A DNA stretch of 63,994 nucleotides, counting the filler, from Fonticula-like sp. SCN 57-25 (Eukaryota): NCBI GenBank assembly GCA_001724245.1. It is 4 parts of 4 records of this genome, joined end to end, with 100 filler letters (N's around TTAATTAATTAA, not from the genome) between each part and the next. Parts side by side here need not be neighbours in the genome. Positions count along the whole stretch, not along the records: positions 19,828 to 36,414 come from MEDX01000120.1; 3 more parts are not named here. One strand, 5' to 3'. The translations under genes were made by a program, and so were the position numbers. Below the pieces are notes generated by a model. It worked only from the letters and a program-made list of their open reading frames with translations, was not told where the DNA came from and searched no databases. Below are positions 24,528-36,514 of the stretch, in pieces (the stretch's first letter is position 1; each line of letters begins with the position of its first letter).

Positions 24528-27110
24528 TCACACGTCGTCAATGACTGGCGCCTCCTCCTCGTCTTCGTCAATGTCGAGCTTCCTCAACTTTGACGACTTT
24601 CTATCCGACTCGATCAGCTTGTACAGCTTCTCCCTCTCGCCCTTGACTGCCTCGCGCTTCCACTTTGGAATACCCGCCATCGGGCACGACTCTGCGTCGT
24701 CCGACCGAAGCGCCCTTCCCTTCAAGTGTGCGAGCTCCCTTACGACCATGCTTGGCGACAGCGCGAGCAGCCGCCTGACCTCTCCTGCAAAGCGCAGGAT
24801 GGCCGTGTCGCGCTCCTCGTTCAGTCCCGCGTCGGCCGCCTGCCAGTTGCTGTCCTTCCACGACCCCGTCCAGCCCTCCCTGACGCGCTTGCCCCACTCC
24901 TCGCGCGACTTTGTGTAGTAGTGGTTGAGCGTCAGCTCGGCCGGCGGGAGCCTCGCGTCGCCGCAGCTCGGCGCGAGCAGCCACTTGTGGACCATGCCGC
25001 GCGCGGACACGATGCACCGCGTCAGCGCAATGCTCTTGTACGAGTGAACGAGGCGCGCGTCAAGAGGGCGGCGGAGCGACTCGCGCGTCTGGTCGGGGTG
25101 GCGCTGCGTGTACGCCTCAATGCTCAGCAGGCCGGTGCCGTTGAGCGTGTCGTGGCCCGACGACCCAAAAAGTGACCACGCGACGACCGCCTGGCCGCGG
25201 CTAAACGCCGGGTTGATCATCTTGTGGAGCAGCGGCAGCAGCGACCCCGGCTCCGGCGCGGCGGCGCCCGGCGGCACCTGCGAGGCGGCCGAGCGCAGCA
25301 TGCACGTGGCAGTGGCGATGACGCACGTGCGCACGCCCGCCGTGAGGATAGAGGAGCAGTGCGTCCGGGTGGCGTTGCACTCGCGCTCCGACACGCCTTC
25401 CGACACGGTCGGCGCGCTGCAGTTCCGCGACGCAATCAGGTCGCTCACGACATAGTTGCTCATGTCGTTGGAGCAGACCTGCGGCGAGCACGACGTCGTG
25501 CAGTCGCCCGCCTTGTCGCAGCGCGTCTTGCACGACTCGCAGTGCACCTGGCAGTCGTCGGGCGACTCTTCCGGCGGCGGTGCGCGCTCCGTCACCAACG
25601 CGGCATCCGGGTGCTTTGCGCGGTACGCCTCGTGCGCAGCTTCGGCGGTGGCGTCGCGCGGCACAAAGTACTCGTCGACGTCAAAAAAGGAGACGAGGCG
25701 GGAAAGCGAAGAGAAGCGCAGGCGGAAATCCTCCATGGCCGCGACCTGCCTGCTGGCGCTCGCGCCCGTGCGCTGCCAGCGGACGATCGTGACGAGCCGC
25801 GCCTCCACAAAGGGGCGCAAAACGTCGAACGTGTCGTCCGTCGAGCCGTCGTCGTACACGAAAAAGTGCTCAAATCCGATCTGATAGTGGTACAGGAGCC
25901 ACGCGGGCAGCGCGCGCGCCTCATTGAGGACAAGCGTCGCGCCGACCAGGCAGAACGGCTGCCACGAGGGGGGCAGCACGCGGGGGAGGTACGTGGTCAC
26001 GTGAGGGCGCAGCCACGCGCCCGTGTCGCTCACAATGCGGTACGAGGGGCCGCGCGGGAGCGCAGAAGACCACTCGAGAACAGAGGCGGGGTCGCGGCCG
26101 GAAGCCGAAAGGACCTCCGCGCCGTAGCGGCGCTCGAGGCCGCGCGCGAGCTGCGGCGGAAGGGGACATAGGCTGATCACGCCGCTCGTCGACCGAAGCG
26201 GGGAAAACAAAAGGACAGGCGACGAGGTGGCTGAGGGAGTCGACACTGACGAAAATGAGGACGGCGCGTCGCCCGCGGCGACGTCTTCCGGGTCGTACAC
26301 GTCCCATTTCTGAAGAAAACTGGCGTCTTCGTCCTGATCAGGGTCCCATTCAAAGACGCACCACAGCCGCGTTGTCTTGGTGACATTGCAGCGATCGAGC
26401 GGGCCCGCAATCAGCTCGACGCCCCACTCGACCGTCTTGTGCATAATGTCAACATGGCGCGTCAGGTAAGAGCGGCCGAATTCATGGTTGCAGTCGGCAT
26501 CGCCCGACTGCATGGAGGTAAAATTGGGCGGGGGGGTCTCATAGTCGTCCGTACGCGGAAGGCGCCGAAGCGATTCGGCAGTCTAAATACACAGCCAAAA
26601 AGGTTAGAATTCATGGAAATGCAGATAAAAAGTGAAATTTGGTACGCACAACGTCAAGATCGCCAAGGACTTCGTCGACCATCTCCGTCTGGAGCACGAG
26701 CAGCTCGTCGATCGGCACGAACGCCTGCCATCATCAGGTCAGCAAAAAATGCAAACTTGCCAAAGTTTGCATACCGTAGTTGAATCGCGGATGACATAGC
26801 CGCCGCTGACCAACTGGACGTCCTGCGCGTACTTTTTCGCGTACGACTGCGTTGCGCCCCGCGCCGCTAATGAGACGCCGGCCAGCCGCTGGGCCGGCTG
26901 GACTGCATTGTCAACGTGAGCGGCCCGATATGCATGTGAAAGTGAAGGGTGAACGCCGGTAGAGATCGCTGGCAGATCGGGCAGGGGTCAGCATCCATGC
27001 ATATGCATCGCACGCAGCGTACGCTGTGAACTTGAATTGAAAAAGGTCAAAATGAAAAGCGCCGCTAGGACGAGTGAGGCGAGCCGCACGCGCCGAAGCC
27101 GAGGCAACAT
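24528..27110 (-). CDS. Type II membrane glycosyltransferase family 92 (DUF23)-like protein, 4 exons
   Basis: NEARALPAWLLYHYQIGFEHFFVYDDGSTD, FFDVDEYF, FGSSGH, YKSI, LNHYYTKSREEW. Three upstream exons splice in frame from MLPRLRRVRLASLVLAALFILTFF at 27110. Confidence 0.8.
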
Positions 27111-28152
27111 GATGCGGCGACGGAGCCAGGTCGCCCACAACAGTAGAAAATGAATTTTGCAACTAGTCGAATACTAACGAGGGCGATGGTCACCGCGATC
27201 TGCTCCTCCTGCTCAATCTCCACTCGGTCGCGCGCGGTATGGAAATGAAAAGAAAGCACAAACTGGGGCCAACGCAGGGAAAGCGATTTAAATAGTTGAG
27301 CCGAGACCTAAAGACACCTTCAGAGACGGTCAGTAGTTAAAAAGACGCGGCAGGTCCGCCTGCGCACCACCAAAGTCGCAGAATGATGGCGTCGCACGTC
27401 TTCCTGCAAATCTAGTACTGCAAAAAATGTCGCCCAGGTATGCTCCCGCTCGTTCAATGAAAGGAATATAGTGCCGTCAAAGGGAGGCTGGATGCAGAAC
27501 CTCGGCGGTCTCCAGCGGTAAAGATCAAACGATCGCAACAGAATCGCAGCCACTACACAACTAGATCGCACATAACACAAAAAGGAGACTACCGACCTTG
27601 ACGCGTGCAATTGCCCGGCCCCTTTTTGCCTCTCTTTTAGCGATATTGAAGTGCAAGAGGGGAGGAACGTGCAGGGAGGAGACACGCGCGAATTAGGAGA
27701 CGGCGCCGTCAACGTCCGCAGACGTCCGTGTCAACCCTTCAAAGTTGATCGGTCACCTGTGACATTGTGGCAGTGCTGTCACAGGTATCGGAACCGCGGA
27801 CCTGCGCGGAACCTTATTCAAAACCTTTGGCAATGCAGGCCAGCGTGCAAGTATACTTGAAATAACCATGTGAAAGACGACCGTTTATGAACATGCAGCT
27901 TCGTTTACTGTGTAATGAGGTTATAATTGAAACGGCTTCATCGAAATTCACAGGTATAGAATGCAACACACCAGGCGCACAGCCGATGAACGAAAGCTTA
28001 AAGGCCAGACTGTTGTTGTTAATAGCACTGCATTAAAAGGATGATGAATATATCAACAATTGTAAATGTACACCAAAAGAAGCTGCCATGGGATTGCCGA
28101 TGGCGAGCTGAACCTGAGCGCCATCACAGCGACAAGCACGAAAAGGGCTAAT

Positions 28153-28474
28153 CTATTGGGCAGCCTTGGCGTCCCTCTCTGCGCGGTTGAGCTCCAGCAC
28201 GCGCTTCTCGTACCGCTCCTGCCTATCGAGCGCCTTGCGCTTGTTCGCCTCCCTCCGCATCTGGTACTGCTCGGCATCACGCGTGAGTACGTCAGCAAAT
28301 GGTCAAAGCGCGCCGGCCGCGTACATCCTGGTCCAGGCAGTGGTTCAAGGCCGTCTTGATAGAGTTGCATGAGCCAATGAACTTGGCCAACGGCGTGCTG
28401 TTGTGGCAGGCATCGAGGTCGTTGATGATCTGCTGGCAGTCCAGCTGCTTCTCGGGCACGAGCATCGGATGCAT
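28153..28474 (-). CDS. CMC2: Twin Cx9C mitochondrial protein CMC2
   Basis: MHPML..CQQIINDLDACH..KFIGSCNSIKTALNHCL, spliced to YQMRREAN.. Confidence 0.88.
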
Positions 28475-28594
28475 GATTGCGGTGTTTGAAATGACCTACC
28501 CCGGATGCGAAAGGAGGTGACGATATCGAATCCCCCTTTTGGACAAGCTGACAGAGCGTTTGGGTTCCGTCGACGACGCAGGCACGAGCGAGCG

Positions 28595-29959
28595 ATGGTA
28601 CCTGAGCTGCGAGCATGCGCACGTTAAACTGACGCTATTGGCCGCAGGGTGTGAGTGGCTCCAAGCTTGGCGACATTGCCGAGGACACGCCGGAGCGCTA
28701 CTATGGACTTGAGAATGTGCGTCATTTCATCAGTATTCATGCATGACTGACGCTTGTTTGTTCTAGTTTGGCAACACCTGCTACTGCAATTCCGTGCTTC
28801 AGGCGCTCTACCACTGCCGCCCCTTCCGGGTTCATGTACTGCAGCACTACGCCACCATTTCCCGGAGGGACGGACAGCAGCCGCAGTCGGACGAGGAAAC
28901 TCTTCTTGTCGGCTTAAGCGATTTGTTCAGCAAGATCGGCGGCCAGAAGAAGCGGACGGGCGTGTACGCCCCGCGCAAGTTTGTTGCCAAGCTAAGGAAA
29001 GATAATGGTACGTTATTGTGCTGCATTTAACGTGTTTTTAATTGTTTTTGTTTACGTTCTCTCTTTTTTCCATTGGATCTTTGGGCTTATCTTTCTTGTT
29101 CCACAGAACTGTTCCGCGGCTTCATGCATCAGGACGCGCACGAGTTCCTCAACTACCTTTTGAATGTGATAAGCGACCTTTTGGTAGCCGACGCGAAGCG
29201 CGCCGCGGCATCTGGCACGTCGACGCCTGTCTCGGCGGGCGTCAAGGACGCGAGCACGACACCTCGCACATGGATCCACTCTCTGTTTGAGGGCATTCTG
29301 ACCAATGAGACGCGCTGCCTGACGTGCGAGCGCGTCACGCGCCGCGACGAATGCTTCCTCGACCTTTCCGTCGACATTTCGCAGAACAGCTCGGTGAGCG
29401 CGTGCCTAAAGAACTTTTCGGCATCGGAGACGATGTGCCACCGCGACAAGTTCTTTTGCGACGCGTGCAGCAGCCTTCAAGAGGCCGAAAAGAGGTACTT
29501 TTTTTAGTGTCAATTTGCGGTCAACTGAGTTTTGCTGTGCTAGGCTAAAGATCAAAAAGCCGCCGGCCGTGCTCGCTCTGCACCTGAAGCGGTTCAAGTA
29601 CATCGACTCGGTGTTTAAAAAGCTCTCGTACCGCGTCGTGTTCCCCTTTGAGCTGCGGCTGTTCAACACGACAGACGACGCTGTCGATGGCGAGCGCCTG
29701 TACGAGCTTTTTGCCGTTGTTATCCACATTGGAAGGTACGCTTTTTTGCACCAATCATTTTGTGCTAACGCGTCGCAGCGGGCCGAACCATGGGCATTAC
29801 ATAGCCATCATCAAGAGCAGCGGGCAGTGGCTCGTATTTGACGACGAAAACGTCGAGGCGATTGACGAGCGGATCATTCAAAACTTTTTCGGATCAACGC
29901 AGGAGACCATGGGCGGCAACGAGTGCGGATACATTCTCTTTTACCAAACTGCAGCCTAG
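28595..29959 (+). CDS. Ubiquitin carboxyl-terminal hydrolase USP12/USP46 family
   Basis: ATG-only first coding exon; [13 protein letters not shown] Cys box; [28 protein letters not shown] His box; GYILFY. Confidence 0.93.
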
Positions 29960-30026
29960 TGTCGCGCGCGCACTGTGATTTTAGTATATTATTGACTTGT
30001 ACAATTGCATTCGTGTAAATAGACTT

Positions 30027-31831
30027 TTAAGTACGCCGCACGTTGATCGACGCGAGGATGCGCTCGGAAAGCTCGACGTCGCGCTTTGAAGCGAGCGACT
30101 CGTTGTAAATGCTCTTTGCGATGGTCGGGCTGTAGCGCGACAGCGGGTCGGCGGACCACGAACCGCCCGGGAGGAGAAGCTCCATTCTAAAAGGGAACCA
30201 GGTGAGCAGCTTCCACGCAGACAGGTGCTCCTCCTGCGCCTGCTGCCATCCGCCGTCGCCCGCGTGCTTGAGGTAGATGGCCCACACGGCGTCGAGCGAC
30301 GACTGGAAGCCGCGGTTGACGCCGAGGCCCTGCGGCCAGAACGGGTTTTGCAGCGTGTCGCCGATGGGCGCGACGAGCGCCCCGCTGTCCTCGCCGAGAA
30401 TACGGTGGATTTTGGCCAGCTTGCCCTTGCAGGAAAAGTCAAAGATGTTGCAGGCGTGCTTGTCGGCAAATTCGACGCTCGCGGGGACGCCGGCGACGGT
30501 GCCGAGCGTCCGCGCGTACTCCATCAGTCGATCGAGATCGACATTGTCCGCCGCAAGGGAAGCCTTGACGGTCGAGCGGTTCTCGCGCAGGACGCCGCAC
30601 TTTACGAGATTGTCGCGCAGCGCAGTGACCACAACAAAGTGCGTCGAGAAGCGCAGGTACTCAATGTTCTCGACAAGGATGCCGTGGTCGCGCGAAAGAA
30701 CGCCGACCGGAGTTTGCTGCCAGTCGGCCATCGACCGCGCATACACAAACTCGGGAAGCTGAGGGAAAACGGTCAGTAAGATGAACAAAAAACACAATTA
30801 AAGAGCAGTACCTTTTTCTCGGCGGCGTTGTTGGGGTCAAACTTGAGGTTGACAATGATGCCAATGGCTTGGTTATAGCGCGTGACGAGCCTGTCAAAGC
30901 CGAGGTGGCGCACGAGCTGCGACGACTCGCCCTCGGCAATGACGAGGCTGTTAAAGTCAATGATGCGGCCGCAGCGGTCGGCGGGAGGCAGGCGGTCGAT
31001 GCACTCTGCCATGCACGCGGCACGAACAATGGCGCCGTCGGTACTCGACGCCGCCTCAAAAAAGTCGACCTTTGACGTCTTGGCAAGGCGGCCGACGTCC
31101 TGCTCGCCTACGTGCAGCGCAAGCTCTTCCGGCTCCAGCGCCGGCGACGACGTTGAAGAGGGCTCGGGCGACGTGAAGGAGCGCAGGAACGAGCCATGCT
31201 GGGAGGACTCGGTGAAAACGCGCCACGACGATCCCGCCGGGGAGCCGTTCCACTCGGCGTCGGGCGCCAGGATGCCGCTCACAGCTTCGCCTACCACAAA
31301 CTCGACGCCAAGAAGAAGGGCAGTCTTCAAAAGGCACGTCTGGATCTCGCGGGTGCCGATGCTGTGCCGCCCGTGCGTCTTAAAGGTCGGGTAGTAGTTC
31401 TTGAAGCCGAGCGCAACAAGATCATCGACAGTCCCCGACCACGTCTTCAGGATGTTGTGGCGACTAAACTCGCGGCGCTTCTCAACCAAATGAACGCGGA
31501 AGCCGAGAAGGCACAGCTCGACGCTGGCGCGGAGACCGCACGGGCCGCTGCCGCTCACGACGACCGTGTGAACACCGGCATCCGCCACGCGCTTCCGCTG
31601 AGTCGCCGAAAGCGCCCACCGCGCGTCCAGCTGCTGAAACAGGCGCTGGGCAATGAACGGGACGTGAGGTAAGACACCACCCCGAAGCGCCGAGTAGCGC
31701 TCCCACGGAGGAAGGGTGAACAACGAAGGATGCGCGATTTCAACGAGCGTCGCAAAAGAATCGACAATCGGACCCAGCTCTTCGCTGGCCACAAACGACT
31801 TGAAAGCCTCGGCTACGCTGGGGGCTGCCAT
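30027..31831 (-). CDS. MICAL-type flavoprotein monooxygenase, stand-alone domain
   Basis: GSGPCGLR, EKRREFSRHNILKTW, IGTREIQTCLLKTALLLGV, AIGIIVN, GILVENIEY, THFVV, IFDFS, GDTLQNPFWPQGLGVNRGF, DPLSRY; one intron ~30761-30810. Confidence 0.88.
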
Positions 31832-32386
31832 GCTGTTCACTGAAAGATGCGCTTGCTATAAAGCAGTACGGCGAGGTCCGGCGATGCTTACACGTCGCAT
31901 TGACAGTCCGTGACAGCCGTGGTTTTATACGCCAGCGGTATACCACTTTCGTCCAATCGGGAGCGTTGCACATTGGATTCGCGTGGATTTCAACCAATCA
32001 GAAGCCGGTCATGCTGTTTTGCAGCGGTCGAGACGTCAAACCGCCAACGTGGGAAAATACGGCGACTGCGGCAAGGAAAGCATAAAACCGCATATGCACC
32101 ATGCAGTTGTAGTGCCACGTAGGCCAGCCTGTCAATACATGCACATCGTATGTTAATTATGTCATACAGGCATCATATGCGCCCGCCGTCCCTGCGCCTT
32201 ACTTGCATGTATGGCCATGTCAAACAAAGATGAATTGAAAGGGGTATTATTATACTGTTATTATATCAAAAGATTGGTTATATAGTATTGCAAATATATC
32301 ATAACTAGTAGAATACAGTAAGAACTTGCCGTATTTCTAAAGCATCAAGTGGAAATTATAACTGACGGCCGCAAAGGTATCCGACA

Positions 32387-32991
32387 TTACAAAAGCACGC
32401 AGCCTTGGTTGCCTGCCTGGTTCACTGTAGCATTGTCAAAAATAGCTTGCATCCTGCGCTGCTGTAGCTCTTCCAGCGCACGCGCGCGAATATTGTTGTG
32501 CTCTAGGATTCCTACAGCAGCGTGATTAGCACAAGCGGGCGTGTGAATGGACATCGTGCCTGTTCGCGATCCTGACGTTTCATTGCCTTTCTCGTCAAGG
32601 CGTCGAAGCCGAAGCAAGTTGAAACCACAGCGGTACACTTCAAACCCGTCAAGCACATGCGCAAGATGCTCTTGAGGATGTGCTTCAATGTCCTGCAGCA
32701 CCTGCGATTGCTCGTGTCAGTAAATCACCGTCACAAAGTGCAACACACCTCCTTCAGAACAGGCTCAGCTTGGAAAGCGCGCAGGTCAACGTTTTGCGCG
32801 ATGCACTTGAAAGCCTCACTGAAATCACACTGCGGTCCGCTGCATCGGTAGGTACATGCTGCGATCGGTTTGTCGTCCGTGTTAATCGTCCCGGTTTTGG
32901 GGTATGACATTTCGTCCATCAAAACCTCATGCCGGCGCTTCTCATTCAATGCGCGCAGATACGAGGCCACGAACTCTGACGTGCTTGCCAT
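32387..32991 (-). CDS. Hypothetical protein ending in CaaX (CVLL), 2 exons
   Basis: ORFs 32731-32991 and 32387-32701 join through a GTGTGT..CGCAG intron; C-terminus GCVLL-stop. Confidence 0.6.
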
Positions 32992-33173
32992 GACGTCCGT
33001 TGGCCGAGCGGGCAGATCATATCCCTGAAATGATGGTGACGGTGACCGCTGGGTGACCGCCTGCTGTCAGCCAGCTGTCAGCAAACCAAAACCGTGACTC
33101 AGCAGTGCACATCACGACGTGCCAGCGACGTGCTGACAACTCAGACAACTGGTGTCGGCTGACTCTGCCTGAC

Positions 33174-34640
33174 ATGCATGTGAAGCGCACTGAGCAGCAC
33201 TCGGTGCACTGCGCGGATGCCTCGTCGACCGCGGCCTTTGGCCAAGTTATGCGGCTAGGTCCTATGGACCATATTGTGGTTGCAAACATCCCGATAGCAG
33301 TCATCTTTGTGTATGCGCAGCCCAAGCAGGATGCGACGCGTCTCATCCCATTCGCTCGGCTGCAATCCGCCCTTGCTCGGCTACTAGACTACTACCCCCA
33401 CCTCACAGGGCGCATTGTGCTTAACACGGATGATAACAGTCCCGAGGTTCAGAATATCGGGACTGGCGCGAACCTAGTCGAGGCGACATGCGATGCTGCG
33501 TTGGACGAAATTCCGCACAGTGGCCCCCGATTGAAGGTGACTGACCTGCCAAACGGTGGCATCGACTTGCTCCCTGTATTTGAGCCTGTGGTAGGCTCTA
33601 TCTATCCCTGTGCGCCACTTTCTGTTCAGCACACGCGGTTTGCGTGCGGCAGCGTCGCGCTCGGCTTCCGCGTCAGCCATTTTATGTGCGATGCCGACGG
33701 CGTCTTTCAGCTTGTTCGGGACCTCGCCGAGCTCTACCGCGGCGGGCCGAGCGCGCACCTCACCGCGCCGCCGCACATTCGTCCCTTCATGTCGGACGTG
33801 GTGCGCGACCCGACCGCCCCCGTGCCTCCGACCGCAATGTTCCAGCTTGCACCTTCAATGGAAACAGGTGGCGGGCTCGACCTCAAGCCGGCGACAGGTG
33901 CGCTGCCGCCGCCACCCACGGAAGGCCGCGTCCTTCGCTTCTCCGTGACCGAGCTCGGCGCGCTCAAGGCGCTAGCCACCGACGCCGCCTCTCCGAGCGA
34001 ATGGGTTTCCACGTTTGACGCCCTCGCCGCACACCTCTATCAGAGAATCTACGCGGCGCGCGTCGAGTACGCGCTCGCTGTCGGCGCGGACCCGGCGCTC
34101 CTTTCGACCGATATGCTGTCGCCCGTGAATTGGCGGAGCGCCGATCGTCTTGCTCTGCCGCCGCGCTACTTTGCAAATGCAGTGATTTGCGCCATCTTTA
34201 CCACGTCGCCTGAGGAGCTTGCCACGGCACCACTGTCGCGTGTCGCACGGATCGTGCACGATGGGCTGCGGTCGCTCACGCCGACCGAGGCCACTGCGGC
34301 GCTCCATTGGATATGCAGCCAGCCGGACAAGCGCCGCATTATGCAAAACTTTCGCTACGCAAACGGCGGCTTTATGCTTTCGCAGTGGTGCAAGACGGAC
34401 GCGTATGTAAAGACGGATTTTGATGTGGACCAGAATGGACAACCCGTGGCCCCGCTGCTCTCATCGACGCCGTTTACGCCAATCTCGAATATCGACGGAC
34501 TCGGATACGTCACGGCGACAGAAGAGCAACTTACGAGGGCCCCGGGAGAAACGGCCGCGGTCGACGTCTGCCTGGCGCTCGCAGCGCCCATATGGAAGAT
34601 ACTGGACAAGGATCCGCTCTTCCGGCGCTTTGCCGAGTAG
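33174..34640 (+). CDS. BAHD/Transferase-family CoA-dependent acyltransferase, intronless
   Basis: LLDYYPHLTGR, QHTRFACGSVALG, HxxxD (SHFMCDADG), WVSTFDALAAHL, PVNWR, YFANA, TDFD. Confidence 0.88.
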   Translation: MHVKRTEQHSVHCADASSTAAFGQVMRLGPMDHIVVANIPIAVIFVYAQPKQDATRLIPFARLQSALARLLDYYPHLTGRIVLNTDDNSPEVQNIGTGANLVEATCDAALDEIPHSGPRLKVTDLPNGGIDLLPVFEPVVGSIYPCAPLSVQHTRFACGSVALGFRVSHFMCDADGVFQLVRDLAELYRGGPSAHLTAPPHIRPFMSDVVRDPTAPVPPTAMFQLAPSMETGGGLDLKPATGALPPPPTEGRVLRFSVTELGALKALATDAASPSEWVSTFDALAAHLYQRIYAARVEYALAVGADPALLSTDMLSPVNWRSADRLALPPRYFANAVICAIFTTSPEELATAPLSRVARIVHDGLRSLTPTEATAALHWICSQPDKRRIMQNFRYANGGFMLSQWCKTDAYVKTDFDVDQNGQPVAPLLSSTPFTPISNIDGLGYVTATEEQLTRAPGETAAVDVCLALAAPIWKILDKDPLFRRFAE

Positions 34641-34773
34641 AATGTTTCGGATGCATCTTTGTATAATGTGATATGTGTACAGCATTGAGGCGGCAATACA
34701 ATGAAAAAATGCAATTTTGATCATCGGAAATGTACACAAAAGTACCAAAAAGTACCAAAAGGAGAGCATCGCA

Positions 34774-36414
34774 CTACTCCTTGAGGAGGGCGAGCGCCCG
34801 CTCGTACGCCTTTTTGACGCGCAGTCGCTGGCTCTTTGGCGTGATTGCGCTAAACACCTGCTTGGCCTCCTGCTCCTGCGACTCTTCGTCCGTGTCGTTG
34901 ATGAGCGCCATGCTCCTCGCGTCCTGCTGGCGCACCCAGCCCCACAGGGCGGGGTCAGTCGCTGCAGCAGCGGTGTCGCCGTCGAGGAATCGGACGAGAA
35001 CAAGCTCCTGGCCACGGCGAGCCTTGGGCCGCGCTTTCCGCGCAAACGCGGGTGCGTCGCGCGACGACGAGACGACGGCCGGAAATTCCTTAAAGTGCAG
35101 ATAGGGAACCCACGCGACATCATCGACCGCAAATTCGCCATAGTCGTCTTCCTCCTCTTCGTCCTGTTTGTCCTCCTCCTCGTCGTCCGATGCTGACGAG
35201 GCCGCGGTGCGCTTACGCGGGGAAGATGCAGAGCTCTCCGCGGGGCGCTTGCGCGGTGATCCGCTGCTCTTTGCCAACAACTTTTCCTCCGCCGCCGCTG
35301 CTGCAAGGGCATCGGCGATGATGGCGTCGTCGGCGCGCCGAACGAGGGTCGTTCTCACGGTCTCGCGGCGCATCAGGTCCGTCCACAAAACGGTGATATG
35401 TGTGCGGCTGTCCTGCAGAATTCCCCACACGGTCGCGGCGTACGCGTGGCCGTCCGTCCACGACACAAAAACGCGCTCGCCTTCCCGAACCTGCGTCAGG
35501 GAAATTGCGGGAAGCTTGTCATAAACTTGCATCGGGATCGACGACGACTGCGGTGTGGACACAGGCTGCTTGGGCGCGGGCGGCGCGGATTTTGGCGGCC
35601 GTCCGCGTCGGGCGCGATGCGGTGACCGCTGCTCGTCTACCTTTGCATCTGCTTCAATCAGCTGAGGGAGCGGTGTTAAAAAGGGGAAACAAGAATGGCC
35701 GCAAGCACCTTTTCATATGATTCCTCGGCAGCGTTCTTGATGCGCTGTGCCGCCTTGTAGTAGATCGTATCCATCTTGTTATATATCATTGCATTCTCCC
35801 ATATCAGTTTGCAGTTGTCCCAGAACTGCTCTAGCGTGATAATCTCTGCGCTCTCCACCCTTGACATCAAGGTGCCAAAGTCCATGGGCCTTGCGATAAC
35901 CGACAGGTAGTCGGGGACCTCTGCAACGTCGACCGGCACCTCAAAGTATCCCTCGCGGTCCACCAGGCGAAGCGAGAGAATTGTGCGCACAAACGAGGAG
36001 AGCAGCGGGGAGCACCGCTCAATGGCGCACGCAAAGGAAAGTCGCAATTTCGTCTGCCAAATGTTAGGAACGAATAAAATTAAATCCCTAGCGTACCGCT
36101 TTCAGTTTCTCGCGTTGGATTGTCAGTGCCGCCAATTCTCTGCCCTTGATGACGTTGTCCCTCAAGTCACGCAAGGTGCGCAGCTTGTCCTCCGCCTCTT
36201 CCCGCGTGGTGGGAACCGACGGAAGCTGGGAGGAAGACTCGATGTGAAGCCTCTTTAACAGCGGTGTGTTGTTTCGCGCGTGCCGCTTTTCTCTCCAGTG
36301 CGACGCAACGGCGCTCAAAACAGCGGAAGATTCGCGCAGGGAAGAAAAACGTTTGCGCAGCATCGCCCTGACGCGGTCAAACACCGTGTCAAACAGGGGC
36401 TTATGGTCGTCGCC
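34774..36414 (-). CDS. BRPF/BRD1-like chromatin reader (bromodomain, AT-hook, Tudor-like, PWWP-like), 5' truncated
   Basis: HWREKR..TPLLKRL; bromodomain FEVPVDVAEVPDYLSVIARPMDF..NAMIYN; RRGRPPK; VAWVPYLHFKEFPAVV. Confidence 0.82.
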
Positions 36415-36514
36415 NNNNNNNNNNNNNNNNNNNNNNNNNNNNNNNNNNNNNNNNNNNNTTAATTAATTAANNNNNNNNNNNNNNNNNNNNNNNNNNNNNN
36501 NNNNNNNNNNNNNN
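36415..36514. other. Artificial contig linker
   Basis: Identical 100-nt N/TTAATTAATTAA cassette. Confidence 0.97.

Noticed and set aside
27320-27712. 130-aa minus-strand ORF upstream of GT92
   Set aside because: Non-ATG start, no motifs, intron-like T-rich tracts; more likely UTR or intergenic.
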